Below, piece after piece: positions 26,272-34,323 of a stretch of 34,323 bases of DNA. A model generated the notes under the pieces. It was not told where the DNA came from. It did no database searches and saw only the letters and a program-made list of their open reading frames with translations. Made by a program: the position numbers and the translations under genes. The DNA comes from Actinomycetota bacterium (GTDB lineage Bacteria > Actinomycetota > Actinomycetes > S36-B12 > UBA5976). The first letter of the stretch is position 1. Each line of letters starts with the position of its first letter. Location of the stretch: NCBI GenBank assembly GCA_039805585.1, contig JBDLTY010000134.1, positions 1-34,323 of the forward strand. Direction: 5' to 3'.

Positions 26272-27496
26272 CGCTTTGTTGCATTCGGATCCTAATTTTT
26301 CTGAGGTAGCCGCTCACATCCTCAAAATCACCCACGCTAGGAAGCGTATCTGGGGAATGAAAAACGAAATTCATTTCCAAGTCAGATGCCCACAAAGCGA
26401 GTTCAGTGAAAAAGCGTGTTGCATCCCGAATCATCCTGGGGCGAAGTTCTAAGCCCACGAGTTGTGAGAATACTTTTTCAGCAGGACTGCCACTTGCTCG
26501 GCGTCGACTCATCGTTTCGATAAGCGCATCAGCGTTGGGCAGCTTTTCAAAGATAACTTTTTGTGTAAGGAAGGTTACCCAGCCATCAATCAGTGCAAGA
26601 AGAAATTCGAGTTCTTGAAGTGCTTGAGTTTGTTCTGGTGTTGTTGGTGGTTCGAAGAGACCATCTCTCATTGCCATCTGGAATGATTCAGGATCTTCCG
26701 GATTCAATCCCGACATCATTTCTTTGAGATGCTCCTCGTTAAATGAGATGCCGCGTGAATACTTCACTATCGCGCCAATCACGGCATCTTGAATCCAGGG
26801 GAATTGTGCATAGAGTCTCAAAAGCGCTGACTCGCGAACAGCGCACAGCATCAACACTTCACCTGCAGGAAGCTCGTAATCTTTCGCAAAAGCAAGAATG
26901 TGTTCTGGTAGTAATGCAGGGACATTCTGTGCTTCGAGTGGTAGTGAGATATCTCCACCGCTGAGCATGTCTGCTGCCAGGCTACCAAGACCTTGACCGA
27001 TTTGAGTGGCTGTTGAAATCGCACCGAGTTTTGCGGCCATCTGCATCATCGGGGCCAGCATTTGTTGAAGCTCAGGTGGCACATCACCCATTGATGCACT
27101 TGGATTCATTTGGGTCATCAGGCCCGCAAGTGCTTCTGCTACTGGCGCAATGATGGGTTTCCAATTTTCGAATGTTGCTTCGAGCCATTGTCGTTCGTCC
27201 CAGGCATGTGCTAGTTCACTTGATTGAGGAAGAGATGTGTGTTGGTCGAGCCACGATTGTGCGAGCCTGATAGCGTCCAAAACGGAATTACGCTGATCAT
27301 CTGTAAGAGCGATATTGGATTTTGCGATATGTGTAAGTGCAGTCTCTTTGATAACAGACCATGCAACTGGCCCCTCATCAAGTGATTCAGCCTTCTGGAG
27401 CATTCCACCGAGCTGCTGAAGCATCGCGCCGAGTGCTGCAAGATCGAACTTACTGTTGTCATCGGGGGTGAATCCGAAAGGGAAATTCGCCATCAT
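26249..27496 (-). CDS. DUF2342 / zincin-like family protein (Rv3207c-like) lacking the HExxH motif
   Basis: Length and sequence pattern fit the actinobacterial zinc-dependent metalloprotease (DUF2342) family, including the ...QFPWIQDAV... segment that follows the active-site helix. The ATG at 27496 is preceded by GAGGAAAGG. The expected HExxH reads RESAL (nt 26822-26836). Confidence 0.78.
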   Translation of the reverse strand: MMANFPFGFTPDDNSKFDLAALGAMLQQLGGMLQKAESLDEGPVAWSVIKETALTHIAKSNIALTDDQRNSVLDAIRLAQSWLDQHTSLPQSSELAHAWDERQWLEATFENWKPIIAPVAEALAGLMTQMNPSASMGDVPPELQQMLAPMMQMAAKLGAISTATQIGQGLGSLAADMLSGGDISLPLEAQNVPALLPEHILAFAKDYELPAGEVLMLCAVRESALLRLYAQFPWIQDAVIGAIVKYSRGISFNEEHLKEMMSGLNPEDPESFQMAMRDGLFEPPTTPEQTQALQELEFLLALIDGWVTFLTQKVIFEKLPNADALIETMSRRRASGSPAEKVFSQLVGLELRPRMIRDATRFFTELALWASDLEMNFVFHSPDTLPSVGDFEDVSGYLRKIRIRMQQSEDPTFNF

Positions 27497-27546
27497 TGCC
27501 TTTCCTCGACTAAGTCTCGCACGAAAACTGGAAGTACGATGCTCCA

Positions 27547-27735
27547 ATGGGTGCATTCTTCGACATCTTCTTCGAGTCCCTTGTGTGGCTGGTGTTGCCT
27601 GTTATCGTCACACTTGTCGCGTATTTCATACTACGTAAACGCGAAAACACCCGCCCGCATTCCACCCTGGAAACAGGGGTGAAGGAGATGAAGCAATACA
27701 TCTCAATTCTTGGCGAGAAGAAACCACATGAGTAA
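27547..27735 (+). CDS. Candidate small membrane protein (62 aa)
   Basis: One strong TM helix (FFDIFFESLVWLVLPVIVTLVAYFIL) is followed by a basic stretch (RKRENTR). Its stop overlaps the ATG of the next gene (ATGAGTAA), which suggests translational coupling. I recognise no family, so this is tentative. Confidence 0.4.
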   Translation: MGAFFDIFFESLVWLVLPVIVTLVAYFILRKRENTRPHSTLETGVKEMKQYISILGEKKPHE

Positions 27736-28777
27736 AACTACGTGGCAGATGTTGCGAACAAATCTTGCAAGCGTTCTGCTCGCCCTCACATTAGTCTTTA
27801 TTGCTGGGGTATCAGACCTTCCATACGTTAGAAGTGAGTCGGGAAGCACCTATGAAGCAACCGGCGCACTGAATGATGTGCCATTGCTGTCCATCGAGGA
27901 TTCAAATGCCTATCCGACATTCAAGAGTTCAGGCAAAGTATTGATTCTCACCGTTTCCACGTGGGGCGGTCCATATGGCAGGCTCACGTGGTTTGATGCG
28001 ATGCGGACTTTTTTTGATAGCGATGTTGTGATTGTTCCGACGAGTTTTCTCTTTGATCCTCAGGAAAGCGGAGAGGACATTGCCGACCAGGGAGCGCAAC
28101 TCTTTCTCTCTGCCGAATCAAATGCAATTGCTGCCGCTATGCAGTACCTGAAATTTCCAGTTGAGAAGAGACTGATTGTTGGCTCGATTTTTGACGACAC
28201 ACCTGCAGTTGATAAGTTCAAACTGGGCGATGTCTTGCTGTCACTCAACGGTAAAAAACTTTCCGACTTTCAAACAATTACAGAGATTATGAAAAATGTT
28301 AGGGCAGGAGAATCAGTTACTTACACTCTTATTCGCGGTGACGAAACGATAGACGTCACATCCACGACAGTGCAAAGTGAAGACAGGACCATTGTTGGTA
28401 TCGGTATTTTGGAGCAAACCATTCCACCGATGGATATCAAAGTTCAATTACCAGATGTCAGTGGTCCAAGTGCGGGTCTTGCTTTTGCTGTCTCGATAGT
28501 TGAATTACTTGACTCACGAGATTTCACCCAATCTCGTATCATCGCAATGACAGGAGAAATCACCGCACAGGGTGAGGTCAAGGCAATTGGTGGGCTTGAC
28601 CACAAGATTAACGGCGCATACGAGTCAGGTGCCCGCCTGATGCTCTTCCCAAAAGAGAATTGCAATGCGGTCCCAAAGAGTGTGCCCTCTGACATGCGAC
28701 TTGTTCCAGTTGAAAGCCTCGAGCAAGCCCTCAAAGTACTTCTGAAGGGCAAATCTGCTCGATACCCAAGCTGCTAG
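27728..28777 (+). CDS. PDZ domain plus Lon-like (S16) serine protease, YlbL/SepM-like, membrane-anchored
   Basis: N-terminal TM helix, PDZ segment (GDVLLSLNGKKL), Lon-type catalytic Ser in DVSGPSAGLAFAV and Lys in GGLDHKINGA. I prefer the ATG at 27728 over the TTG at 27710. Confidence 0.85.
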   Translation: MSKTTWQMLRTNLASVLLALTLVFIAGVSDLPYVRSESGSTYEATGALNDVPLLSIEDSNAYPTFKSSGKVLILTVSTWGGPYGRLTWFDAMRTFFDSDVVIVPTSFLFDPQESGEDIADQGAQLFLSAESNAIAAAMQYLKFPVEKRLIVGSIFDDTPAVDKFKLGDVLLSLNGKKLSDFQTITEIMKNVRAGESVTYTLIRGDETIDVTSTTVQSEDRTIVGIGILEQTIPPMDIKVQLPDVSGPSAGLAFAVSIVELLDSRDFTQSRIIAMTGEITAQGEVKAIGGLDHKINGAYESGARLMLFPKENCNAVPKSVPSDMRLVPVESLEQALKVLLKGKSARYPSC

Positions 28778-28818
28778 CCTCAAGATGCCGTTTTCCCTGC
28801 AATTGGTATTTTGTCGCT

Positions 28819-31662
28819 GTGAGCGAAACTTTTAGAACGTCCCGTCAACCATCTGCCCGTCCGCGAAGAGCCTTCGGTATTGCTTTGATCGTCCTAGCCG
28901 CCGCCGCTATCGGTTTTTTTGCCTTCGCAGGATTTATTACTGAAAGAATGTGGTTTGAATCTGTTGGTCAAACCATCGTTTTTGACACGATTCTTCGAAC
29001 GCAGATTTTCCTCTTTATTATCGGCGGAGTCGTTGCCGCAGGGCTTACAGTCTTGAATCTATGGCTCGCGTTTCGAAGTCGACCTCCCTTCATCCAATCA
29101 GCAGACATGCCAGGTCTTGAACGAGTGCAAGAAGTTCTTAGCTTCATCCGGAAGTTTGGTTTCATTTTGATTCCTGCCCTGGTTGGCCTTTTGACAGCTG
29201 TGAATTTCAGTGGCAGTTGGCAACTCTGGATGCAGTTCAGAAATGCGCAGCCATTTGGTGATGTCGATGAAACCTTTGGTATTGACATCAGTTACTTTGT
29301 TTTCGAGTTACCATTCTGGCGAAACTTGCAAAGCTCACTGAGCAGCTTGTTGTTGCTCTTAATTCTCATCTCGCTTGTCGTTCACTACCTTATCGGCAGT
29401 ATTCGCCCTGCCCAGACTACTTCAACCAATCGAATTGGACTCTTCATTTCAGACGGCGCACGAATGCACATTGCGATCCTTGGTGGAACATACCTACTTT
29501 TGCAAGCCTGGAGTTTATGGCTTGATCGCTATGAACTTGCCTTGAAGTCCGATGTCTTAATGACAGGTTTGAAATATGTTGATGCGAATGTGAACCTGCC
29601 AGCACTGAACGTGTTAATGCCAATCGCTCTGGTGTGTGCAGCGCTCTTCTTCGTGAACATCGTCAGAACCAACTGGACGTTGCCGATTCTTGGTACTGGG
29701 CTTTTTGTGATTGCAACTGTTCTTCTTGGAAGTGCATGGCCAAGTTTTGTTCAGCAGGTTCAAGTTCGACCAGATGAACAAGCCAAGGAATCCCCGTATA
29801 TCGCATTCAACATTGAAGCGACGCGCAAAGCGTACGGACTCAGCGACGTTGATTATCAGAGTTATGTTGCGCAGGAAACAGCCGATCCGGAGATTTTGGC
29901 TGGGGATCAAGCGAGTTTGCGAAATATTCGTTTGCTTGATCCAACGATTGTTTCTTCCACCGTTGAGCAACTTCAACAGTTGAAGGGCTTTTATTCATTT
30001 GCACCAAATCTTGACGTCTCCCGATATGAAATTGATGGCGAAACTCGTGGAGCAGTGCTTGCCGTGCGTGAGGTAAACCTTGCAGGTATTCCAGAAACAC
30101 AGCGAAACTGGGTAACAAACCACCTCATCTATACACATGGAATCGGGCTTGCTGCCGCTTTTGATAACACATCAACTGCAGACGGCCAGCCATTCTTCAT
30201 CGAGTCTGATGTGCCACCAAATGGATTACTCGATATTGATGAACCTCGAATTTATTTCGGAGAGAATTCGCCTGAGTATTCGATAGTCGGTGGATCTGGA
30301 AAGATCGAACTTGACTACCCAGATGACACCAGCCCAACTGGGCAACAGAACACAACGTACAAAGGAAAAGGCGGCGTTGCAGTTGGGGGACTCTTCAACA
30401 AAATGCTCTTTGCTGCACGTTACGGTGAAGCAAACATCCTGCTCTCAGAACAGGTTACTGAAGACTCCCGAATCCTTTACAAGCGAAACCCTGCAGATCG
30501 TATTCAAGCAGTCGCTCCATGGTTGACGCTTGATGGCGATCCATACCCTGCAGTGATTGATGGCAGAGTGGTGTGGATTCTGGATGGCTATACGACAAGT
30601 GCGAACTATCCGTATAGTCGTGAGACCGTTATTGCAAGCGCTGTAACTGATTCACTTGGTGTTAGAACTGTAACGTCAACGTTGAATTACATCCGAAATT
30701 CAGTGAAAGCTACTGTCGATGCCTACGACGGAACTGTAACGTTGTATCTCTGGGATGAAACAGACCCGATTGCAAAGGCGTGGAAGAGTGCATTCCCGGA
30801 ACTCTTCAAAGACAAGTCTGAAATGTCTGAAGGCCTCATGAGTCAGGTCCGCTATCCTGAAGATCTATTCAAAATTCAGCGTGACATTCTGCGCAAGTAC
30901 CACATCAGTGATCCTGGCGCATTCTTCACAGGTGAAAACTTCTGGATTATTCCAGATGATCCAACACTTGGAACAAGTGGCTTACCTCAGCCACCGTACT
31001 ATCTCAACCTGAAAATGCCTGGTGATGACAAGGCAGTCTTCTCGTTGACAAGTACGTTTGCCCCACAGCGTCGACCATCGCTTGCAGGTTTCCTTGCAGT
31101 GAATTCAGATGCGAATTCAAATTACGGAAAAATCACGTTGTTACAGCTACCAAGTCAAACAACAATTCCAGGACCTGTTCAGGCGCAGAATTTGTTTGAG
31201 TCAGATGCAGACATTTCATCTGAACTCTCGCTCTTACGGCGAGGTGGTAGTGATGTCGTACTTGGAAACTTGCTTTCACTTCCAATTGGTGGCGGAATCT
31301 TGTATGTGCAACCGGTGTATGTTGAATCGGTCGGTGTAGGTGGGTTCCCGCTTTTGCGCAAAGTGCAAGTTGGTTTTGGTCAAAAAGTGGTGCTAGCCAA
31401 TTCCCTTGCAGAAGGTTTGAGACAAGTGCTTGGTGAGCAATCCCCAAATCCAGATCCGGACCCAGGACCAATTCCTGAACCGGATGGCACAATTCAAGAA
31501 CAATTGGACGCAGCACTTGCTCGGGCAGCAGCGGCATATGAAGAAGGTCAGGCGGCGCTTCGAAACAATGATTTTGCCGCCTACGGTAAGGCCCAAGAGA
31601 AATTAGCGAAAGCTTTGAAAGAAGCACAGAGACTTGCTAATCAGTTGGGTATTGGTGCGTAG
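28819..31662 (+). CDS. UPF0182-family large membrane protein (Rv3193c-like)
   Basis: 947 aa with about seven N-terminal TM helices, then a large extracytoplasmic region and a Pro/Asp linker plus helical tail. The architecture and the position next to the PDZ/Lon gene match the actinobacterial UPF0182 family. Confidence 0.88.
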   Translation: MSETFRTSRQPSARPRRAFGIALIVLAAAAIGFFAFAGFITERMWFESVGQTIVFDTILRTQIFLFIIGGVVAAGLTVLNLWLAFRSRPPFIQSADMPGLERVQEVLSFIRKFGFILIPALVGLLTAVNFSGSWQLWMQFRNAQPFGDVDETFGIDISYFVFELPFWRNLQSSLSSLLLLLILISLVVHYLIGSIRPAQTTSTNRIGLFISDGARMHIAILGGTYLLLQAWSLWLDRYELALKSDVLMTGLKYVDANVNLPALNVLMPIALVCAALFFVNIVRTNWTLPILGTGLFVIATVLLGSAWPSFVQQVQVRPDEQAKESPYIAFNIEATRKAYGLSDVDYQSYVAQETADPEILAGDQASLRNIRLLDPTIVSSTVEQLQQLKGFYSFAPNLDVSRYEIDGETRGAVLAVREVNLAGIPETQRNWVTNHLIYTHGIGLAAAFDNTSTADGQPFFIESDVPPNGLLDIDEPRIYFGENSPEYSIVGGSGKIELDYPDDTSPTGQQNTTYKGKGGVAVGGLFNKMLFAARYGEANILLSEQVTEDSRILYKRNPADRIQAVAPWLTLDGDPYPAVIDGRVVWILDGYTTSANYPYSRETVIASAVTDSLGVRTVTSTLNYIRNSVKATVDAYDGTVTLYLWDETDPIAKAWKSAFPELFKDKSEMSEGLMSQVRYPEDLFKIQRDILRKYHISDPGAFFTGENFWIIPDDPTLGTSGLPQPPYYLNLKMPGDDKAVFSLTSTFAPQRRPSLAGFLAVNSDANSNYGKITLLQLPSQTTIPGPVQAQNLFESDADISSELSLLRRGGSDVVLGNLLSLPIGGGILYVQPVYVESVGVGGFPLLRKVQVGFGQKVVLANSLAEGLRQVLGEQSPNPDPDPGPIPEPDGTIQEQLDAALARAAAAYEEGQAALRNNDFAAYGKAQEKLAKALKEAQRLANQLGIGA

Positions 31663-32294
31663 TGCTCTATTTGCAAGAGCGTCAAGCTGTAGTTGATGCC
31701 TGCCGTTTCCTTCAGGAGAAACATCTCGTTGTAGGGACGGCGGGTAACATCTCAATTCGTCGCGATGATGAGATCATCATTTCACCCTCTGCTGTCGAGT
31801 ACAGCCAAATGACTGTGATGGACATAGTTGTTGTCGATATGAAGGGCAATATTGTTGAAGGTAAATTGAAACCTTCTTCAGAATTACCTTTTCATATTTC
31901 CATCTACTCATCAACGGAGCACCAAGCAATCGTTCACACACATGCTCCGGCATCCACGGCATTATCAGTTGTTGTCGATGAAATACCTTTGACGCATTAT
32001 TACTCTGCGCTGTTTGGCGGCGCTATTCAAGTTGCACCGTATGCGCTGTATGGAAGTGATGAACTAGCCGTTCATATTGCTAAAGCACTCAAAGGCCGAA
32101 CCGCTGCGTTACTAGCAAATCATGGAGCGGTAACAGTCGGAGCGGATATTCGCTCAGCACTTGGACTAGTTGAATATTTGGAATACTTGTGCGATGTTGA
32201 ACTGCGGGTTCTTGCCACAGGAAAAGAAGCGAAAGTCATCACGCCAGCAGAACTTGATCAAGTGATTGCGAAACTTGATACCTATAAACAATAG
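31662..32294 (+). CDS. Class II aldolase/adducin-family protein
   Basis: Motifs GTAGNIS, SSELPFHISIY, VHTHAPAST and LANHGAVTVG. GTG start in a TAGTG overlap with the preceding gene. Confidence 0.85.
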   Translation: MLYLQERQAVVDACRFLQEKHLVVGTAGNISIRRDDEIIISPSAVEYSQMTVMDIVVVDMKGNIVEGKLKPSSELPFHISIYSSTEHQAIVHTHAPASTALSVVVDEIPLTHYYSALFGGAIQVAPYALYGSDELAVHIAKALKGRTAALLANHGAVTVGADIRSALGLVEYLEYLCDVELRVLATGKEAKVITPAELDQVIAKLDTYKQ

Positions 32295-33677
32295 CTAGAG
32301 TTCTATTACCTCTTCAAGTGTTGGAGCATAAGCATCAACGTGGTACTGACTTCGCAAAAGTTCGGCGAATTTTTCGCTAGTGTCATCATCGCCATGGATT
32401 GCAAACACCTTTTTGATTGGCGTCCTCGCAGTCTGTAGCCACGCGATGAGTTCATCCTGATCGGCATGAACACTGAAATAGTCGACTAGTTCAATCTGTG
32501 CTTTTACCTGCACTTCTTTGCCAAACATTTTGAGCATTTTCGCGCCATCTAACAAACTACGACCACGAGTTCCCACCGCTTGGTAGCCGGTGAGAATCAC
32601 GGAATTTCGAGCATCTGGCAGCATTCTTGCAAGGTGATGGACAACTCGACCTCCTGTGGCCATACCGCTCGCTGAGATGATGACGCAAGGATGATGTTGT
32701 TGATTCAGTGATTTTGATTCTTCGACACTTTGAAGTTGGGTGAGATTTCCTGCACTAAAGAGGTCACTCGATATCCCTGTTAACTCAGGATTGATTTCCC
32801 ATGAGTTCTCGGCAAGGGCACCTCGATAAAACTCGAGCGCTTGCAATGCCATTGGTGAGTCAACAAATATTGGTACAGAGGGGATGAGTTGCTGCTCAAT
32901 CAAACGTTTAAGTTCCATCAACACAATTTCGGTTCTGTCCACAGCGAAAGCTGGAATCAAAACACTTCCACCACGCTTGATAGTTTGATTGATTATTCGT
33001 TCAAAAGAACCATCTGGTTCGGTATGTGATTCATCGCCATATGTCGACTCAATGAGAACAGCATCAAATGCCGCATCAGGAATGGTCTCAGGATCTCGAA
33101 GTAAAGGGTGATTACCTCGACCTAAATCCCCAGAGATCACAATTCGTTTTGATTCCATTTCAAGATCAACAAAAGCTGCACCGAGAATGTGTCCTGCCGA
33201 ATGAAATGTGAAGTGCGTGTCAGAGGTGATTTGGGAGCGGGTGGAGAACTTCACTTCCTTGATTAAATCAAGCGTATTGAATACATCATTGGCATCGTAG
33301 AGTGGAAGTGGTTTCTTGTGCTTTGAATAACCCTTCTTTTCGGCATACTCCGCATCTTCCATTTGCAATTTCGCTGAGTCAAGCAAAATTACTTGCACAA
33401 GATCGCGCGTCCATGGGGTCATATAAATCTTTCCAGAAAATCCACTCTTCACTAGCCTCGGCAAGTATCCACAGTGATCCAGATGTGCGTGGGTAATGAT
33501 GACGGCATCAATGTCTGCTGGTTGGACGGGGAAGTGTTCCCAGTTTTTCAGTCGCAATTCCTTGATTCCTTGAAACATTCCACAATCAACAAGAACTTTG
33601 CTGTGTTGACTTGTGAAAAGAAATTTACTTCCGGTAACTGTGCCTGCAGCCCCGAGAAAATTGACGATTACACCCAT
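32295..33677 (-). CDS. MBL-fold beta-CASP hydrolase (RNA-metabolising metallo-beta-lactamase family)
   Basis: HxHxDH motif (THAHLDHCG), a beta-CASP insert and the C-terminal AIHGDD. Its stop abuts the aldolase stop in the palindrome TAGCTA. Confidence 0.88.
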   Translation of the reverse strand: MGVIVNFLGAAGTVTGSKFLFTSQHSKVLVDCGMFQGIKELRLKNWEHFPVQPADIDAVIITHAHLDHCGYLPRLVKSGFSGKIYMTPWTRDLVQVILLDSAKLQMEDAEYAEKKGYSKHKKPLPLYDANDVFNTLDLIKEVKFSTRSQITSDTHFTFHSAGHILGAAFVDLEMESKRIVISGDLGRGNHPLLRDPETIPDAAFDAVLIESTYGDESHTEPDGSFERIINQTIKRGGSVLIPAFAVDRTEIVLMELKRLIEQQLIPSVPIFVDSPMALQALEFYRGALAENSWEINPELTGISSDLFSAGNLTQLQSVEESKSLNQQHHPCVIISASGMATGGRVVHHLARMLPDARNSVILTGYQAVGTRGRSLLDGAKMLKMFGKEVQVKAQIELVDYFSVHADQDELIAWLQTARTPIKKVFAIHGDDDTSEKFAELLRSQYHVDAYAPTLEEVIEL

Positions 33678-33724
33678 AGGTACAGTGTGGCTGATTCAGA
33701 GAGCACTTCCAAGCATCACCCGAT

Positions 33725-33754
33725 TTGTCGCAATCAGATCCAACGGAGTACCAT
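33725..33754 (+). promoter_or_regulatory. Candidate sigma-70-type promoter for the tRNA gene
   Basis: TTGTCG, an 18-nt spacer, then TACCAT, located about 25 nt upstream of the tRNA 5' end. This rests on a pattern match only. Confidence 0.2.
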
Positions 33755-33779
33755 TCGCTCGTTCGCGAGAGTGCGATTC

Positions 33780-33855
<76 letters not shown>

Positions 33856-33866
33856 TTTAAGGCTTT

Positions 33867-34323
33867 TCAGGTCTTGGTAGTTTCAAGGAATTCATGAATA
33901 TCTTGGGCTGTTACGGAAAAATCATCATCAATCGATGTTGCGAACAATTGTCTACGTTTGGTGATGGACGATAACAGCATCTTGTGTTCGCCTGTCCTCC
34001 CGATGTATTTTGCAAGTCGTGCGTTTGTCGTGATTCCTGAAATGCCCATGCTTTTGGCAATGCTACCTTTTACTGAATCTTGACTTGATGAATGTGAGTG
34101 CAGATTCACACCTAGAGCTTTCATTTCTGAGTAGATGGCATTTGCGTCACGACGCCAATACGGCTTTTGGTTGATTATTTCCATATAGACATCGAGGTAT
34201 GGTTGACTCGCAAGGTGCAAATGTCTTCGTAAACCGAATCCCCAAGTGCGCATGCTGCTTCTAACGCCAATCGTGGAGTTGACTGGCGCCTGTCCACGTC
34301 CGTATCCGTGTGCTGAAATTCTT
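33867..34323 (-). CDS. Hypothetical protein, C-terminal about 150 aa (5' end outside the window), with a possible HTH near its C-terminus
   Basis: The frame stays open from 34253 to the window edge (...RISAHGYGRGQAPVNSTIGVRSSMRTWGF...). The segment SIAKSMGISGITTNARLAKYI looks like a helix-turn-helix. The gene ends 13 nt from the tRNA and appears more AT-rich than the rest of the window. I recognise no family. Confidence 0.5.
   Translation of the reverse strand, partial: RISAHGYGRGQAPVNSTIGVRSSMRTWGFGLRRHLHLASQPYLDVYMEIINQKPYWRRDANAIYSEMKALGVNLHSHSSSQDSVKGSIAKSMGISGITTNARLAKYIGRTGEHKMLLSSITKRRQLFATSIDDDFSVTAQDIHEFLETTKT

Noticed and set aside
31441-31488. Short repetitive DNA (ccagatccggacccaggacca...) that looks like a tandem repeat
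   Set aside because: It encodes an in-frame Pro/Asp linker (SPNPDPDPGPIPEPDG) in the UPF0182 tail. This is low-complexity coding sequence, not a repeat element or CRISPR.
31133-31627. 164-aa minus-strand ORF inside the UPF0182 gene
   Set aside because: It is antisense to the conserved C-terminal region of UPF0182. Its length comes from the GC-rich Pro/Ala-coding stretch opposite it.
33867-34323. Calling the terminal partial ORF a tyrosine integrase because it abuts a tRNA
   Set aside because: The visible 150 C-terminal residues lack the HxxR...Y catalytic pattern expected at the C-terminus of tyrosine recombinases. I keep only the weaker 'possible accessory boundary' statement.

Overview
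The window is almost fully coding (about 30 genes). Many gene boundaries overlap (ATGA, GTGA, TGATG, TTAA, TAGCTA), and there is only one long non-coding gap (25864-26055). Gene content and order look like the conserved core chromosome of a streamlined actinobacterium with fairly low GC for the phylum; a freshwater acI/Nanopelagicales-like organism is my guess, not a result.

Three blocks match, from memory, syntenic regions of Mycobacterium tuberculosis:
- metG-tatD-rsmA-ispE (Rv1007c-Rv1011 block), here without rpfB.
- mrp-DUF1003-MgtE_N/CBS (Rv1229c-Rv1232c block).
- A long block resembling Rv3193c-Rv3213c: ParA-like, DEAD-box helicase, DUF3107, TetR, AdnA, AdnB, NudC, mycoredoxin, UvrD2, ABC1 kinase, zincin-like DUF2342, PDZ/Lon-like protease and UPF0182.

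After these come a class II aldolase, a beta-CASP MBL hydrolase, an initiator tRNA-Met, and a partial ORF of apparently lower GC at the 3' edge that may begin an accessory segment.

I see no CRISPR array, IS element, toxin-antitoxin pair or recognisable defence island, and no self-contained novel system I could defend.

The most interesting points are local:
- An orphan RRE/E1-like protein in an operon with an ABC1 kinase, facing a 55-aa zinc-ribbon gene that the ORF track missed.
- Three apparent pseudo-enzymes: a ParA-like protein with an eroded Walker A, a zincin-like protein with RESAL in place of HExxH, and a kinase-like domain without catalytic residues inside an MprF-like membrane protein.
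- A split MgtE-like sensor/membrane pair.
- A small membrane ORF translationally coupled to the PDZ/Lon gene.

All family assignments come from reading motifs by eye. No searches were run.
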